Below are positions 45,265 to 57,810 of a stretch of 64,000 nt of DNA, piece by piece. The stretch is from contig OZ024741.1 in the NCBI GenBank assembly GCA_964016885.1, positions 286,874,001 through 286,938,000 on the forward strand, given 5' to 3'. Source of the stretch: Eledone cirrhosa. Its lineage: Eukaryota. Position numbers and translations under genes: made by a program. The notes beneath the pieces were generated by a model. It had not been told where the DNA came from and did not search any database. It saw only the letters and a program-made list of their open reading frames with translations. Every line of letters starts with the position of its first letter. Within the stretch, counting starts at the first letter, position 1.

Positions 45265-46160
45265 CGAGGTGTGTCAGAAAAGTTCCAGGACTGATGTCAT
45301 AAAATATTTATTTCAAACCCGAACTTCACACTAAGAGTTTTCTCCTTCAAAGTAATCCCCCTGGAGTATGTAACTGTAATCTTAGCTCTCTGCAGCGATC
45401 AAACTTTTTTCTTCATAATTTTATATACATGTCCTCTGTTTCAGGTCGCCAAGCAATGAGCACAGAGCAACGAACAAACTTGAAAACTCCGTCAGAAGCA
45501 CTGGGATTGCTGCAGCAAGTGTGTGGAGATGAGACGATGTCGCGCTCACGTGCTTTTGAGTGGTGCAAGAGGTTTAAAGAAGGACGCGAGGACGTGGAAG
45601 ATGACCCCAGGAGCGGAAGGCCCTCAACAACCAGGACTGAGGTCAACGTTGAGCACGCCAGGCAGATTGTGCGTAGCGATCGTCGACTGACTGTTCGACT
45701 GATGGCAAATGAGTTGGGCATGAATCGGGACAGCGCCTGGAAGATTCTCACTGAAGATTTGGACATGAGGAAAGTCTGCGCGAAGATGGTGCCAAAACTG
45801 CTGAACGATGACCAGAAGGGTCGACGCATGCAAGTGTGCCAGGACATCCTCGAGCGTCTTGAAAGCGAACCAGACATGCTAGTGACAGTCATCACCGGTG
45901 ATGAGTCATGGATCTTCGAGTACGACCCGGAGGGGACCCATTTTGAAGACGTGGACGACATCAAAAAGGCCGTGACGACGGAACTGCGGAGGATCCGGGA
46001 AGAATCCTTCCAGGAGTACATGAAAGCGTGTCAGAAAAGGATGGAAAAGTGCATTAGACTCCAGGGGGATTACTTTGAAGGAGAAAACTCCTAGTGTGAA
46101 GTTTGGGTTTGAAATAAATCTTTTGTGACACCAGTCCTGGAACTTTTCTGACACACATCG
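45265..46160 (+). mobile_element. Internally deleted mariner element with TA TSD and 103-bp inverted ends
   Basis: ORF 45429-46094 has an HTH region, RSGRP, the VPKLL linker, TGDESW and GDYFEG. The rest of the DDD core is missing. Confidence 0.92.
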
Positions 46161-46164
46161 TATA

Positions 46165-46198
<34 letters not shown>

Positions 46199-47269
46199 TA
46201 TACGTATGTATGTACATATGTATGTAGGTATGTGGACATATATATACAGTGAGAGAAAGAGAGAGGTGGGACGAATGAAGGGATAGATATCTTTATTTAT
46301 TTATTTCATAGCTAGCTTGATAGATAGATAGGAGTAGGTAGGTAGGTAAGTAGGTTGGGAGAGCGAGGATAATGTGTGTTTGTGTTTATTTGAATGATTT
46401 GATGCCTATGTCCCATATATATGTTAATGTGTATATATGTCTGTGAAAGTACATGCGTGTGTGAAAATGTTTTACGCCCTTGTGTGTGTGTGTAAGTAAG
46501 TATATGTGTGTGTAAAAATGATTAAAGGTATATTTTCACTGCAAGCATTTTAAAAATTAGATTTAAGCCTCGTTACAGAATGGAGATGCCAGTGAGTGGT
46601 TCGAAATAGTTTGGAAAACAGAAGCATCGTTATCAGAAACATTTTCAATGTCAATAACAATAAATTGTAATTCTTTAAGAGGCATATGAAAAGTTGTATT
46701 AAGTTATGTGCTATACCAAGAACAGGTAAAACGTTTGCATGGTAGCATGCAAACTCCTGGTAGAGTCGTAGGGTCGCCGTATTGACACACACACAGCACG
46801 TTTCGGGCATTAAAAAAACTTTCGAGGACTTAATACAGTAGATTTCTCCAGAGAAAGATAGAGAGTGTGAGAGAATGGAAGTGTGAAAGAAATGTAGAGG
46901 AAGATTCAACCCCAGTACTTGACTGGTACTTTCTTTTATTGACCTCGAAAGGATAAAAGGCAAAGTTGATCTTCTTGTGATTTGAACTCAGAGAGCAGAG
47001 CCAACATGAAAACCGTAAAGCATTCTATACGACGTTGTAACGACTCTGTTAATTTGCCGCCTAGCAATTATCAGATATGCATTTTTGATGTGTGTGTGTG
47101 TGGTGGTGTGTGTGTGTGGTGGTGTGTGTGTATGTGTGTGATGGTGGTGGTGTGTGTGTATGTGTGTGCCTGCGTCTGTGTGTTTGTGTGTATGCGTGTT
47201 TGTCTGGGTGCGGCTTATAAAAAAAGTCCGCTCGCAAATACACATACAGCTGACCTCCTCCGTAAAATC

Positions 47270-47470
47270 TGAATGACAACAGCCCGTCTAAGGAAGGAGC
47301 CCCACAAGGTGGGGTGGCTGTTGAAGTGGTGTCGCTGGCCATTGTCAGCGGCAATGCCTTTGCCACTTTGTCTGCAGGGCGCAGCCAAATCACCACCCTG
47401 TAGAGTCTGTCACCCCTCCCCTTCCTTCCTTCTTTCGTTACTTGTGGGGCGGCCAGCACGTGGGACCCCA
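47270..47470 (+). mobile_element. CRE-clade LINE 3' end
   Basis: ARLRKEPHKVGWLL/VSLAIVSGNAFATLSAG. Confidence 0.55.
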
Positions 47471-47527
47471 TTTGCTCAAAATACAGAGAGATGGGGAGGG
47501 CGAGAGAGATGGAGGCGAAGACAGTGG

Positions 47528-48436
47528 GAGTTACGGTCCTTTACAACGACCTGAGCTCAAATCCCGCCGAGGTTAACTTTGCCTTTCATCCTTACGGGGT
47601 CGATAAAATAAAGTACCAGTAATATACTGGGATGACTGCCGGCTTTGTGCCAAAAGTAGAAACAAATATTATTGGTAGTATAGGTAGAGCGTCGAACAAC
47701 ATACTTTGTGGTATATAGCTACATCTCTTTACGTTCTGGGTCCAAATCCGGCCGAGGTTAGTTTTGCCTTTTATTCTTACGGGTCGATAAAATAAAGTAC
47801 CAGTAATGCACTAGGATCGATCTAATCAACTTTCCCCTTTCCTTGAAATTACCTCATGCTAAAAGTAGATACAATTTTCTCCATAAATATCATGATTGGC
47901 AGTATCGGTAGAGAGTCGGACGCCATGCTTTCCAGCATAGTTACGTCCCTCTACGATCTGAGTTCAAATCCCGCCGAGGTTAACTTTGCCTTTCATCCTT
48001 ACGGGGTCGATAAAATAAAGTACCAGTAATGCACTGGATAATTGCTGGCCTTGTGCCTAAAGTAGAAACAATTATTGGCAGTATCGGTAGAGAGTCGGAC
48101 ACCATGCTTTGCGGCATAGAGTTACGGCCCTTTACGATCTGAGTTCAAATCCCGCCGAGGTTAACTTTTCCTTTCATCCTTACGGGGTCGATAAAATAAA
48201 GTACCAGTAATGCACTGGGTAACTGCTGGCCTTGTGCCTAAAGTAGAAACAATTATTGGCAGTATCGGTAGAGAGTCGGACACCATGCTTTGAAGCATAG
48301 AGTTACGTCCCTTTACGATCTGAGTTCAAATCCCGCCGAGGTTAACTTTGCCTTTCATCCTTACGGGGTCGATAAAATAAAGTACCAGTAATGTACTGGT
48401 TTATTGCTGGCCTTGTGCCAAAAGTAGAAACAATTA
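47528..48436 (+). mobile_element. Head-to-tail array of five family A SINEs
   Basis: Units of about 180 bp start at 47897, 48076 and 48257, plus two upstream copies. Confidence 0.88.
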
Positions 48437-48964
48437 TTAAATGTACGCCTCTGTTTAATTTAATCAAGTCGTGGCCATTATATTTCCATATTCTCTTTTC
48501 TGTATATATTATTTTTCACCTGAATATTCCAGCTTTTGGCTCAACCTACACTCACACCCCACACTCACACTCATACTCACGCTCACCCTCTTACTCAACA
48601 TCTCATTCTCTCCCTTTTTTTATTTATTTATTTATTTCTGTATCTGTGTGTCAGTATCACTCACGCTCTCACTCCATATATTTCTCTATTTGTCTCTCTT
48701 TCTGTCTATTACATTCTCTCTCTTTCTCTCACTTCACCTCTCATTCTCTAACTCTCTCTCTCTCTCTCACCCTCTATCTCCACCTCTCATTCTCTGTGCT
48801 TGTCACTCTCTGTGCCTGTCACTCTCTCTCTCTCACTCTCTCTCTCTCTCTCACTCTCTATCTCTACCTCTCATTCTCTGTGTCTGTCATTTTCTCTCTC
48901 TCTCTCACCCTCTCACTCCACCTCTCATTCTCTCTGTCTCACTCTCTTACTCCTCCTCCTCCTC

Positions 48965-48999
<35 letters not shown>

Positions 49000-49229
49000 C
49001 CCTCCTCCCCTATCCTCCTCCCCCTTTTATTTCTTTGTATCTGTCTCATTAATTCTCTGTTTCTCTCTCTCCTCACTCTCTTTATTTCTATCAACCTGTT
49101 TATCTCTCTCTCTCTCACCACTCTCTGTATTTTTAGTCCTTGTTTATCTGTCTCTCTCACTCTCTCTCTGTATTCCACTGGTCCAGTTCATCTCCCTCTC
49201 CCTCCTTCTCTATTTCTCTGTTCATGTTT

Positions 49230-49290
<61 letters not shown>

Positions 49291-49309
49291 ATCCTTCTAT
49301 TTATTTCTC

Positions 49310-49775
49310 TCTTCCGGTTCGTTCCTATCTGTCCCTCCCCCTCTTTCTCTCTCTTCCTGTTCGTCTCTATCTGTAGCTCTCCCCTCTTTCTCTCTCTTCC
49401 TGTTCGTCTCTATCTGTAGCTCTTCTCTCTTTATCTCTCTTCCTGTTCGTTTCTATCTGTAGCTCTTCTCTCTTTATCTCTCTTCCTGTTCGTCTCTATC
49501 TGTAGCTCTTCTCTCTTTATCTGTCTTCCTGTTCGTCTCTATCTGTAGCTCTTCTCTCTTTATCTCTCTTCCTGTTCGTCTCTATCTGTAGCTCTCCTCT
49601 CTTTATCTCTCTTCCTGTTCGTCTCTATCTGTAGCTCTTCTCTCTTTATCTCTCTTCCTGTTCGTCTCTATCTGTAGCTCTTCTCTCTTTATCTCTCTTC
49701 CTGTTCGTCTCTATCTGTAGCTCTTCTCTCTTTATCTCTCTTCCTGTTCGTCTCTATCTGTAGCTCTTCCCTCTT
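49310..49775. repeat. 43-bp CT-rich minisatellite, about 10 copies
   Basis: Unit TCCTGTTCGTCTCTATCTGTAGCTCTTCTCTCTTTATCTCTCT. Confidence 0.9.
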
Positions 49776-49801
49776 TCTTTCTTTTTTTCTCCCTCTCTTT
49801 C

Positions 49802-49856
<55 letters not shown>

Positions 49857-51337
49857 AACTCTGTTCATGATTATCTCCACCCCCTCTCTCTATCTGTTCA
49901 TGATTTGGCAGTATCGGTATAGGGTCTGACGCTATGCGTTGCAGCATAGTTACGTCCCTTTACGGACTGAGTTCAAATCCCGCCGAGGTTGACTTTGCCT
50001 TTCATCCTTACGGGGTCGATAAAATAAAGTACCAGTGATGCACTTGTGCCTAAAGTAGAAACAATTATCTCCATCTCTCTCTCGTCCTCCTCTCTCTGTT
50101 CATGACTATCTCCATCTCTCTGTCGCCCTCCTCTCTCTCTTTCTCTACCCCCTCTCTCTCTCGCCCTCCTCTCTCTCTCTCTCTCCTCTCTCTCGCTCTC
50201 TCTCTCACTCTCTTGCCCTCCTTTCTCAATCTCTCTCTCTCACTCTCCCGCTCTCTCTTTCTCTCGCCCTCCTCTCTCTCTCTCCCCTCTCTCTCTCACT
50301 CTCTCGCCCTCCTCTCCCTCTGTTTATGACTACCCCCCCCTCTATCTATCTATCTATCTATCTCCCCCTCTCTGTTTATGACTATCTCAATCTCTCTCTC
50401 GCCCCCTCTCTCTCCCCCTCTCTCTCTGTTTATGACTATCTCCATCTCTCTCTCGCCCTCTTCTCTCTCTCCCTCCTCTCTCTGTTTATGACTATCTCCA
50501 TCTCTCTCTTGTCCTCCTCTCTCAATCTCTATATTTAGACGTTCAATATATTTCTCAATATTATTACTCTCTGTCTCTTCCCCCTCTCTTCTCACTCTTA
50601 ATTCATCTAACTCCTTTCTTTCTTACTCTGTCTTTCCAATTTGTCCGAACCTTTCTTTCTGTTTTTCTTTATTTCTTTTCTTTCTTCTTTCTTTCTTTCT
50701 TTCTTTCTTTATTTCTTTATGTCTTTCTTTTCTTTTCTTTTTTCATCATCTTTCTTCCCCTTTCACCCCCCCACACACTTTGCCCCCTCTCTATCTATCT
50801 CTCTATATAATTATATATATAAGGGCGGTGTCCCAGCATGGCCTCAGCCGGATGGCTGGAACAGGTAAAAGAGTAAAAGAGTAATATATATATATCTATA
50901 AGTATGTATACGTACATACATATATGTATACAGACGTACAGTAGTATGTATATATATATACATACATGCACACATAAATATATGTACGTATGGATTCACC
51001 GAACATTTATTATAATGCTCGGTGTGTTTGTAAACAAACATCCCGCATTAAGCCGTACAATGTCTAGCAACCATCGTTGCTCGTTTGTTCAACACTGACA
51101 AAGGAACGCTGTACTAGTTTCAAGCTTATTAGCTATCGTCAGCAACGTATACCTTCCTGCCAGATGGTTGAACGTCTGAAAGTATAAACTTTCCTTATGC
51201 ACACTAACGGATGAGCAGCCTGTACGTCTGTATACATATATGTATGTACGTATACATACTTATATTTAAGTAACAGCCGTACTAAGAGTGGGAAATGAAA
51301 TTTCATTTCATTTTTTCCGTTTATATATATATCATTA

Positions 51338-51558
51338 TCTATAAAAGGAAGTTTGTTGTTGTTGTGTGGGTGTGCATGTTCCATATTTATACATTTGCAC
51401 AATTTCAAACCGATTCGACTCAATGTCTGTAAGAATGTTGTAAATGGTCTATCTTAGATCAACTACGATTTATTTCATTCACACTCATCCACAATTACGG
51501 AAATAATCGATAAAACTAAATACATGACGCTTTACCCCTCTATCTACTACCCTTAAAG

Positions 51559-51615
<57 letters not shown>

Positions 51616-52540
51616 TTGTTTTTGAGTGTGGAACGGTCAAACATTTATTTACTTCAATGACAAAGAGAACTTATTACATTTCATACGAAACAACAATTAT
51701 TCAAAAGCAACAGATAAATTTATTCAACAACAAAAAAAATAGCGATAAATCTTTTTTAAAACATCTATCAACGAACGTGGAAGAAAGAAGTATCAGTTCA
51801 TTTACTATACACAATAATATCCTCTATGAGGTCACTAAACCTGGTAGAAACAACAGCTAACTCACTCCCATATCCTACCACTCCCTACTGCCTTAAATTT
51901 AGAAAACATATCCTCTATGAGGTCAATAAACCTGCTAGAAACAGCAGCTAACTCTCCCCCATATTCAAAAGCAACAGATAAATTTATTCAACAACAAAAA
52001 AAATAGCGATAAATCTTTTAAAAAATATCTATCAACGAACGTGGAAAAAAGAAGTATCAGTTCATTTACTATACACAATAATATCCTCTATGTGGTCACT
52101 AAACCTGCTAGAAACAACAGCTAACTCTCCCCCATATCACACCACTCCCTACTGTCTTAAATTTAGAAAACATCCTCTATGAGGTCACTAAACCTGCGAG
52201 AAACAGCAGCTAACTCTCCCCCATATCACACCCCTCCCTACTGTCTTAAATTTAGACATTAGACAACCATGCAGAACAACTCCATCGCAGCTCTGTTGTT
52301 CGGCTGGCATCGTCTACGCGCGTGTTGCGCAAGTACTGTGAAACAATAAATTTCAACACTTCTTTGCACAGAGATAATATTCATAGGCGAAACTACAATT
52401 GTCACTGCTGACACAGCTCCTGCTTCGGCAGTCCAGGTCTGCAATTCATTCACCCAGTGCCTGGCAGACAAAAAAGTGCTGCCATAAAATGGGTGGTGCA
52501 ACCTAACTTTGGTAACTTACTGACCAGGCTTTAATGCTAG
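51338..52540 (+). mobile_element. Putative non-autonomous Helitron with internal tandem duplications
   Basis: A|TCTATAAAAG start, an imperfect subterminal hairpin (TGGT..ACCA), and CTAG|T end. Confidence 0.5.
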
Positions 52541-52650
52541 TATATATATATAAATATTTGCTCTACGGTTCTTATATATTTGATATATATTTATCCTTAT
52601 CGAGCCCTCTTTGGATTTTAGTCTTCAAATTTATTATTATTATTATTATT

Positions 52651-52810
52651 ATCGACCTCGTAAGGATGAAAGGCAAAGTCAACCTCGGCGGGATCTGAGT
52701 TCAAATCCCGCCGAGGTTGACTTTGCCTTTCATCCTTACGGGGTCGATAAAATAAAGTACCAGTAATACACTGGGTAATTGCTGGCCTTGTGCCTAACGT
52801 AGAAACAATT
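52651..52810 (+). mobile_element. Family A SINE with a 5' fold-back inversion
   Basis: 52651-52694 is the reverse complement of 52704-52748. Confidence 0.8.
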
Positions 52811-52824
52811 ATTATTATTATTAT

Positions 52825-52870
<46 letters not shown>

Positions 52871-52988
52871 CAAAATGGCGAGCTGTGTTGTTGCAATTAT
52901 GTGTAATGAAATATATCTATATCTATATATATACCTCTCTCGCTCTCTTTACCCTCTCTCTCTCTATATATATATATTAACCTACCTG

Positions 52989-53018
<30 letters not shown>

Positions 53019-53020
<2 letters not shown>

Positions 53021-54440
53021 AACCCAAACAAGTCTGTCGGTTTGCAACTCGGCACATGGAGAGGCAAACCCATGCCTTCCGACAGTGTCGTTGGATGCTG
53101 GACGGAAGGACCAGTGAAATTGCTCGGGGTCTGGTTTGGTCCAGACCTCCAGGTGGACAAGAACTGGAACGAGGTCACAGCGAAGGTGTTTGCACTCACC
53201 CAAAAGTGGGCTGAGTGTAAACTCTCATTGAAAGGTCGAGCGGAGGTGGCGAGCACTTACATAGCGTTCGTCATCTACTACCGCTTGACAGTCGTGCCTT
53301 GTCCCTGCGAATACCTCACCAAAATGGAACGCCTACTGTTCAAGTTCCTCTGAAAGAAACAGGCTCCATTGGTGAGGAGATCCATCTGCTGTCAACACCC
53401 TTCTAATGGGGGGCTGGGCATGCAGTGGCTGATAATGCGCAAACACGCGCTGAGACTACGCCATCTCCAGGTGTTCCTGACCGGTGAACCGGTGTGGCTG
53501 TCGTTTGTGAGACAAGCTATTCCACAACTCGTCGCACTAACAGAGTTGCAGCCCTGGGTCAAGCGAAGACCGAAAATGGGCGCCTGGCACCTCGAGTACC
53601 TTCAGGCGCTCACAGCCCTCTACCAAGCGGAAACGGCAATCAGCGGAGACTCCACTTCGACATTCTATAGGGGATTAGTGGAGGATAAGTGCGACGACGT
53701 TCTCGGGGAAACTCTAGGCATCGAGGAGGACGAACTGACCAGTCTGTTCGGGAGGACTTTCCGCCCAGGGCTTATGGATAACTTCAAGAGGTCTCTGGCC
53801 TGGCAGTGCTACCGAGGAGCTCTACCAGTTCGAGACAAAATCTACAGGCACGGACGCCCTGACAGAGATCCTGCCAAAAGGACCTGTCCAAGATAGGAGC
53901 AGGACATCGAAACCGTTCTGCACGCAATTGTTCAGTGCCCATGGGTGACCGACCTGTGGAATTATGTCGAACAGCTACTGTCACGTGTGGGACGCACCCA
54001 GTTGTCAGCCGAATCCATCGTGAGGATCAACCCGCCACCTTCATTTAAGAATGAAGGAGAGGCTGTTTTCCTCTATCTGGTGGCTATGGCGAAAGAGGTA
54101 ATATGGTGGACGAGGTTAAAAGGACTGAGGGTAAACACCTTTCTCTCTGGACAACAACTTAGCCCCTTCTTTAAGTACCACTTCAGAAGGATGGTGAGAA
54201 TGAAGAGAGAGGTGCTACACCCCAGTAAATTCGCTGAAAGGTGGGTGAATGTGGCGAAAAGGGTCCGAGTGAATGGGCCTTCTCTGTATATAAACCTGTA
54301 GGTTGAGGTAGATAAACAGAGGGAAGACAGGAACACATACAAAACGTGTTCCTGGTGTTGAGGGTTGTTCTATCCACGGGGTGTAAAACATCCCTGCAAT
54401 AACGTTCCCCTCTATTGGGGATTTCAATTGTTATTTTATT
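53019..54440 (+). mobile_element. Tx1/L1-like LINE, 5'-truncated ORF2 C-terminus
   Basis: VKLLGVWF, LSLKGRA, GGLGM and a CPR..ETVLHAIVQC zinc-knuckle, with in-frame stops. Confidence 0.8.
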
Positions 54441-55038
54441 ATATATAGTTTATTGTTATTTATTAATTCTATCACAATCCTAATCTATTACATTTTACCA
54501 CACACCTATTTTCTACCTCTCTCACTTTCTGTCCATGTTCACCCCCTCCCTCTATCTCTTTTCTTTCTCTATCTTCCTTTCTTTTTATCAACTACTACCT
54601 TCTCCATAATACTTATATCCACTGCTTCCTCTCCAAATCCAGTATGGTATTATCACCCTGTTTGCCAACATTGTGAAGGCGCCTAGCTTACTGGTTAGGT
54701 TCAGCTGATGATCGTAAGGACGTGTGTTCGATTCCTGGCAGCGTGTTGTGTCCTTGAGCAAGACACTTTATTTCATGCTGTTCCAATCTACTCTGTTGAC
54801 ACAAACTGTGACATCGAATCTCCATGAGAACTACGTTAAAAGTACACGTGTTTGTGGCGTGTTCAGCAACTTGAACGTTAATTTCACGAGCAGGCTATAC
54901 TAGAGCTGGAGCACTCGGCGTTGGAACCGACGGAGATCCAACAACAACATCAACGTTTTGGTGGACGCTGCAGAGCCGAATGGCTAAGAAGTTCGCTTCG
55001 CAATCATTAACTCCCGGGTTCGAGCTCACAGCATAAAA

Positions 55039-55300
55039 CAGTCATGGGCAACCCACGTTCCGCACTTTCCGAATGGCTCGCCTAAGTCACCTAAGTGAAA
55101 TCTTTTTGATTTTTTACCCCAACTTTTCAGTCGTTATTTATCTTTCTATCATTTTTACCATCGAGGAATACAACGTGTACGAATTCTGAGGAAACAAATC
55201 AAAACAACCTGAGTTATCACCCTTTTTTTAAATGTGGGCACGAATGTAAATTAGCCATATCTCATGCGGCCCGCTTCTCGAAAAAGGTTGCCCATGCCTG
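55039..55300. mobile_element. hAT-family MITE
   Basis: Termini CAGTCATGGGCAACC and GGTTGCCCATGCCTG, with a perfect 8-bp TSD GCATAAAA. Confidence 0.85.
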
Positions 55301-56157
55301 GCATAAAATAATGAGCAAGTGTCAATTACTATAGCTTCGGGTCGGCGCATGTCTTGTGAGTGACGCTGGGTAAATAGAAAAACTGTTTGGAAGCCCATCG
55401 GATAAACTTGTATCTGTAATTCATATGTCTAACCATGTCACCCACTTTATCAAACTGAATCTCCCCGAGAATTACGTTATAGATACACGTGTCTGTGAAA
55501 TACCCAGCCACTTATACAATAATAAAATATGGACTGTATCTGTAATTCAAAGGGCCAGCCTTGTCACAGACTTTACCATGCTGAATCTCCCTGAGAATTA
55601 CGTTATAGATACACGTGTCTGTGAAATACCCAGTCACTTATACAATAATTGTTTCTACTTTTGGCACAAGGCCAGCAATTATACCAGTGTATTACAGGTA
55701 CTTTATTTTATCGACCCCGTAAGGATGAAAGGCAAAGTTAACCTTGGCGGGCTTTGAACTCAGATCATAAAGGGCCGTAACTCTTTGTTGCAAAGCATGG
55801 CGTCCGACCCGCTACCGATACTGCCAATCCATCGCCCTCTTATACAATAATAAAATATGGACTGTATCTGTAAGTCAAAGGGTCAGCCTTGTCACAGACT
55901 GTACCCATACTGAATCTCCATGAGAATTACGTCAAATATACACGTGTCAGTATAGCAGGCCATGAGCAGGCCGATCCATTGATGGAACAATTGGAACATT
56001 CATCGTCGAAACCAGCGGAGATCCATTTCATTTCCTTGCTAATATTATTGCAATCGAAATATCCAAATGAATCAGAATCGTATTACTCCATACAATGTGT
56101 TTCCATTAACAGGAAATTTGTCAGACTCTCTCTATAGATACAAACAATATATATATA

Positions 56158-57790
56158 TATATAGGATTAACCGCATGTGACTTCAAGACCCGGCTATACC
56201 AACATAGACATACCTTCCGAAACCCGGCCCGGCGTCACGCCACTACACTTTCGGGCCACATATGGGACCTCAAGGACAACAATATCACCTATGATCTCAC
56301 TTGGAGATTACTGTCCAGAGCCAATTCTTACACGGGAGGACGCCGTCCGTGCAATTTATGCTCGGAGGAAACTTTACAAATGCTGTTTTCGACGGACCAA
56401 CTCCTAAACAAGAAAGATGAACTGGTTACTGCATGTAAACATAGATTGCGTAGGACTTACCTCGCCCTCAAACCCCATAATGACCCCGGGGGGTAGACTA
56501 GGGCTATAACACCCCACTTGCCGATTTTGCAATGGGTAACCCCTGCTTGCCAAGGGAGACGTAAGATCTTCTTTTTTCTTTTATCGCTTCCTTTATTTCC
56601 TTCTTCCCTCCTTAGTCCTTCTACCCCAGTTCTTCTTCTTTGTCGGCGTCTTTTCTCGCCCACCCGAGGCTGCCCTTTGGCCCCTTGTAGCCTCAGTACC
56701 CCCACCCCCTCCCCTAGTCTATGATAGATTTGGCGGACTCCGCTTTTTATAGCAGTTGTGTTAGACCTCGAATACTTGCCCCCCTTTTCCGACCGTTCCC
56801 CCTACTTTCCGTGCCTTCTATATTTCTTAGTGGCACTTATGCCTTATTTTCTCGTTTCAGTATTTCTTTTGGGCGGGGTGGATTCTGAATTTATTTTTCC
56901 GTATTCTACCTTTACTTCGTACGAACTTTCATGTAGCTTGTATAAGATCTTTTGTAGCGCGGCGGTACCTTTAGAGTTAGCATTAGTATATTTTTTTTTC
57001 GAGACTCAGAATTATTATCTCGTACTAGTTTACTTTGCTGCACTGGGTGGTTGCTGGCCTTGAGCCCGGGATAGAAACCTTTATTATTTATTTCGTGGTA
57101 GTTTCTTTAGTATTTTGGCCCCATTTGTTGACCCATCACCGTATGATTTACGTACTTATACCTCTTAAAAGGGTCCTTGCCTATTCCGTCCCACCTAGTT
57201 TATTTACTTATTTCGTTATTTCTTTATTTCTTTCTTTATTTCTTTCTTTCTTTCTTTCTTTATTTATCTAGCCTAACAATAGCTAGAGACTTAGGTCTTA
57301 GAACTTGCTTTTATACTCTTTTTTCTTTACACTTATTCGCTTTTCATCACTCTCAGTATTTTTTCTTTCATATATATATTTTTCCCCTCATTGTTCTACC
57401 TACCGTTTCGACTTCCTCCCCCTCCCCAGTATCTTCTTTGACCTCATGCCCAGCTGTAGCTGGCACTACCAACGCATGATTGGGTCTACTCCACCACCTC
57501 CCCTTTTTCTCCTACTGGCAGGTTTAGCCACCATCTCCCCTACTAATTTGCAATCACAGAATTACTACTAACTTTTGACAATCACTTTGACCATATATGG
57601 AATTACCCCTTGAGAAGCTCGGCTATTTAAATACCAGGATAAATTTTCATTTAGTCCAGAATTAGCCGTCGAAACGGCTTGAGCTCAGCCGTCGGGGTCT
57701 TACTGGTTCCTATTACCCACTCTACTACCCTAAGTATTGAGTACTTTGGTGCGTTATGGTCCACCTGGTTCCTTACCACATTTCCCTCGT
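56158..57790 (+). mobile_element. PLE 3' remnant: GIY-YIG C-half plus a 1.3-kb UTR ending in an HHR
   Basis: Frame 56158-56496 (absent from the track) reads YIGLTACDFKTRLYQH...TTLSGHIWDLK...CNLCSEE...LLNKKDEL. Confidence 0.85.
57605..57698 (+). ncRNA. Full three-helix type I hammerhead ribozyme, U3-A8 core
   Basis: acccc UUGAGAA g..cggcua...uagccg.c GAAAC ggcu ugagcuc agcc GUC ggggu. Confidence 0.8.
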
Positions 57791-57810
57791 TATATATATA
57801 TATATATATA

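Noticed and set aside
46775-46840. Minus-strand GAAAC...GTC with flanking complementarity
   Set aside because: No YUGANRA core in position.
48391-49419. 342-aa ORF
   Set aside because: CT-rich low-complexity DNA lacking stops, starting inside a SINE.
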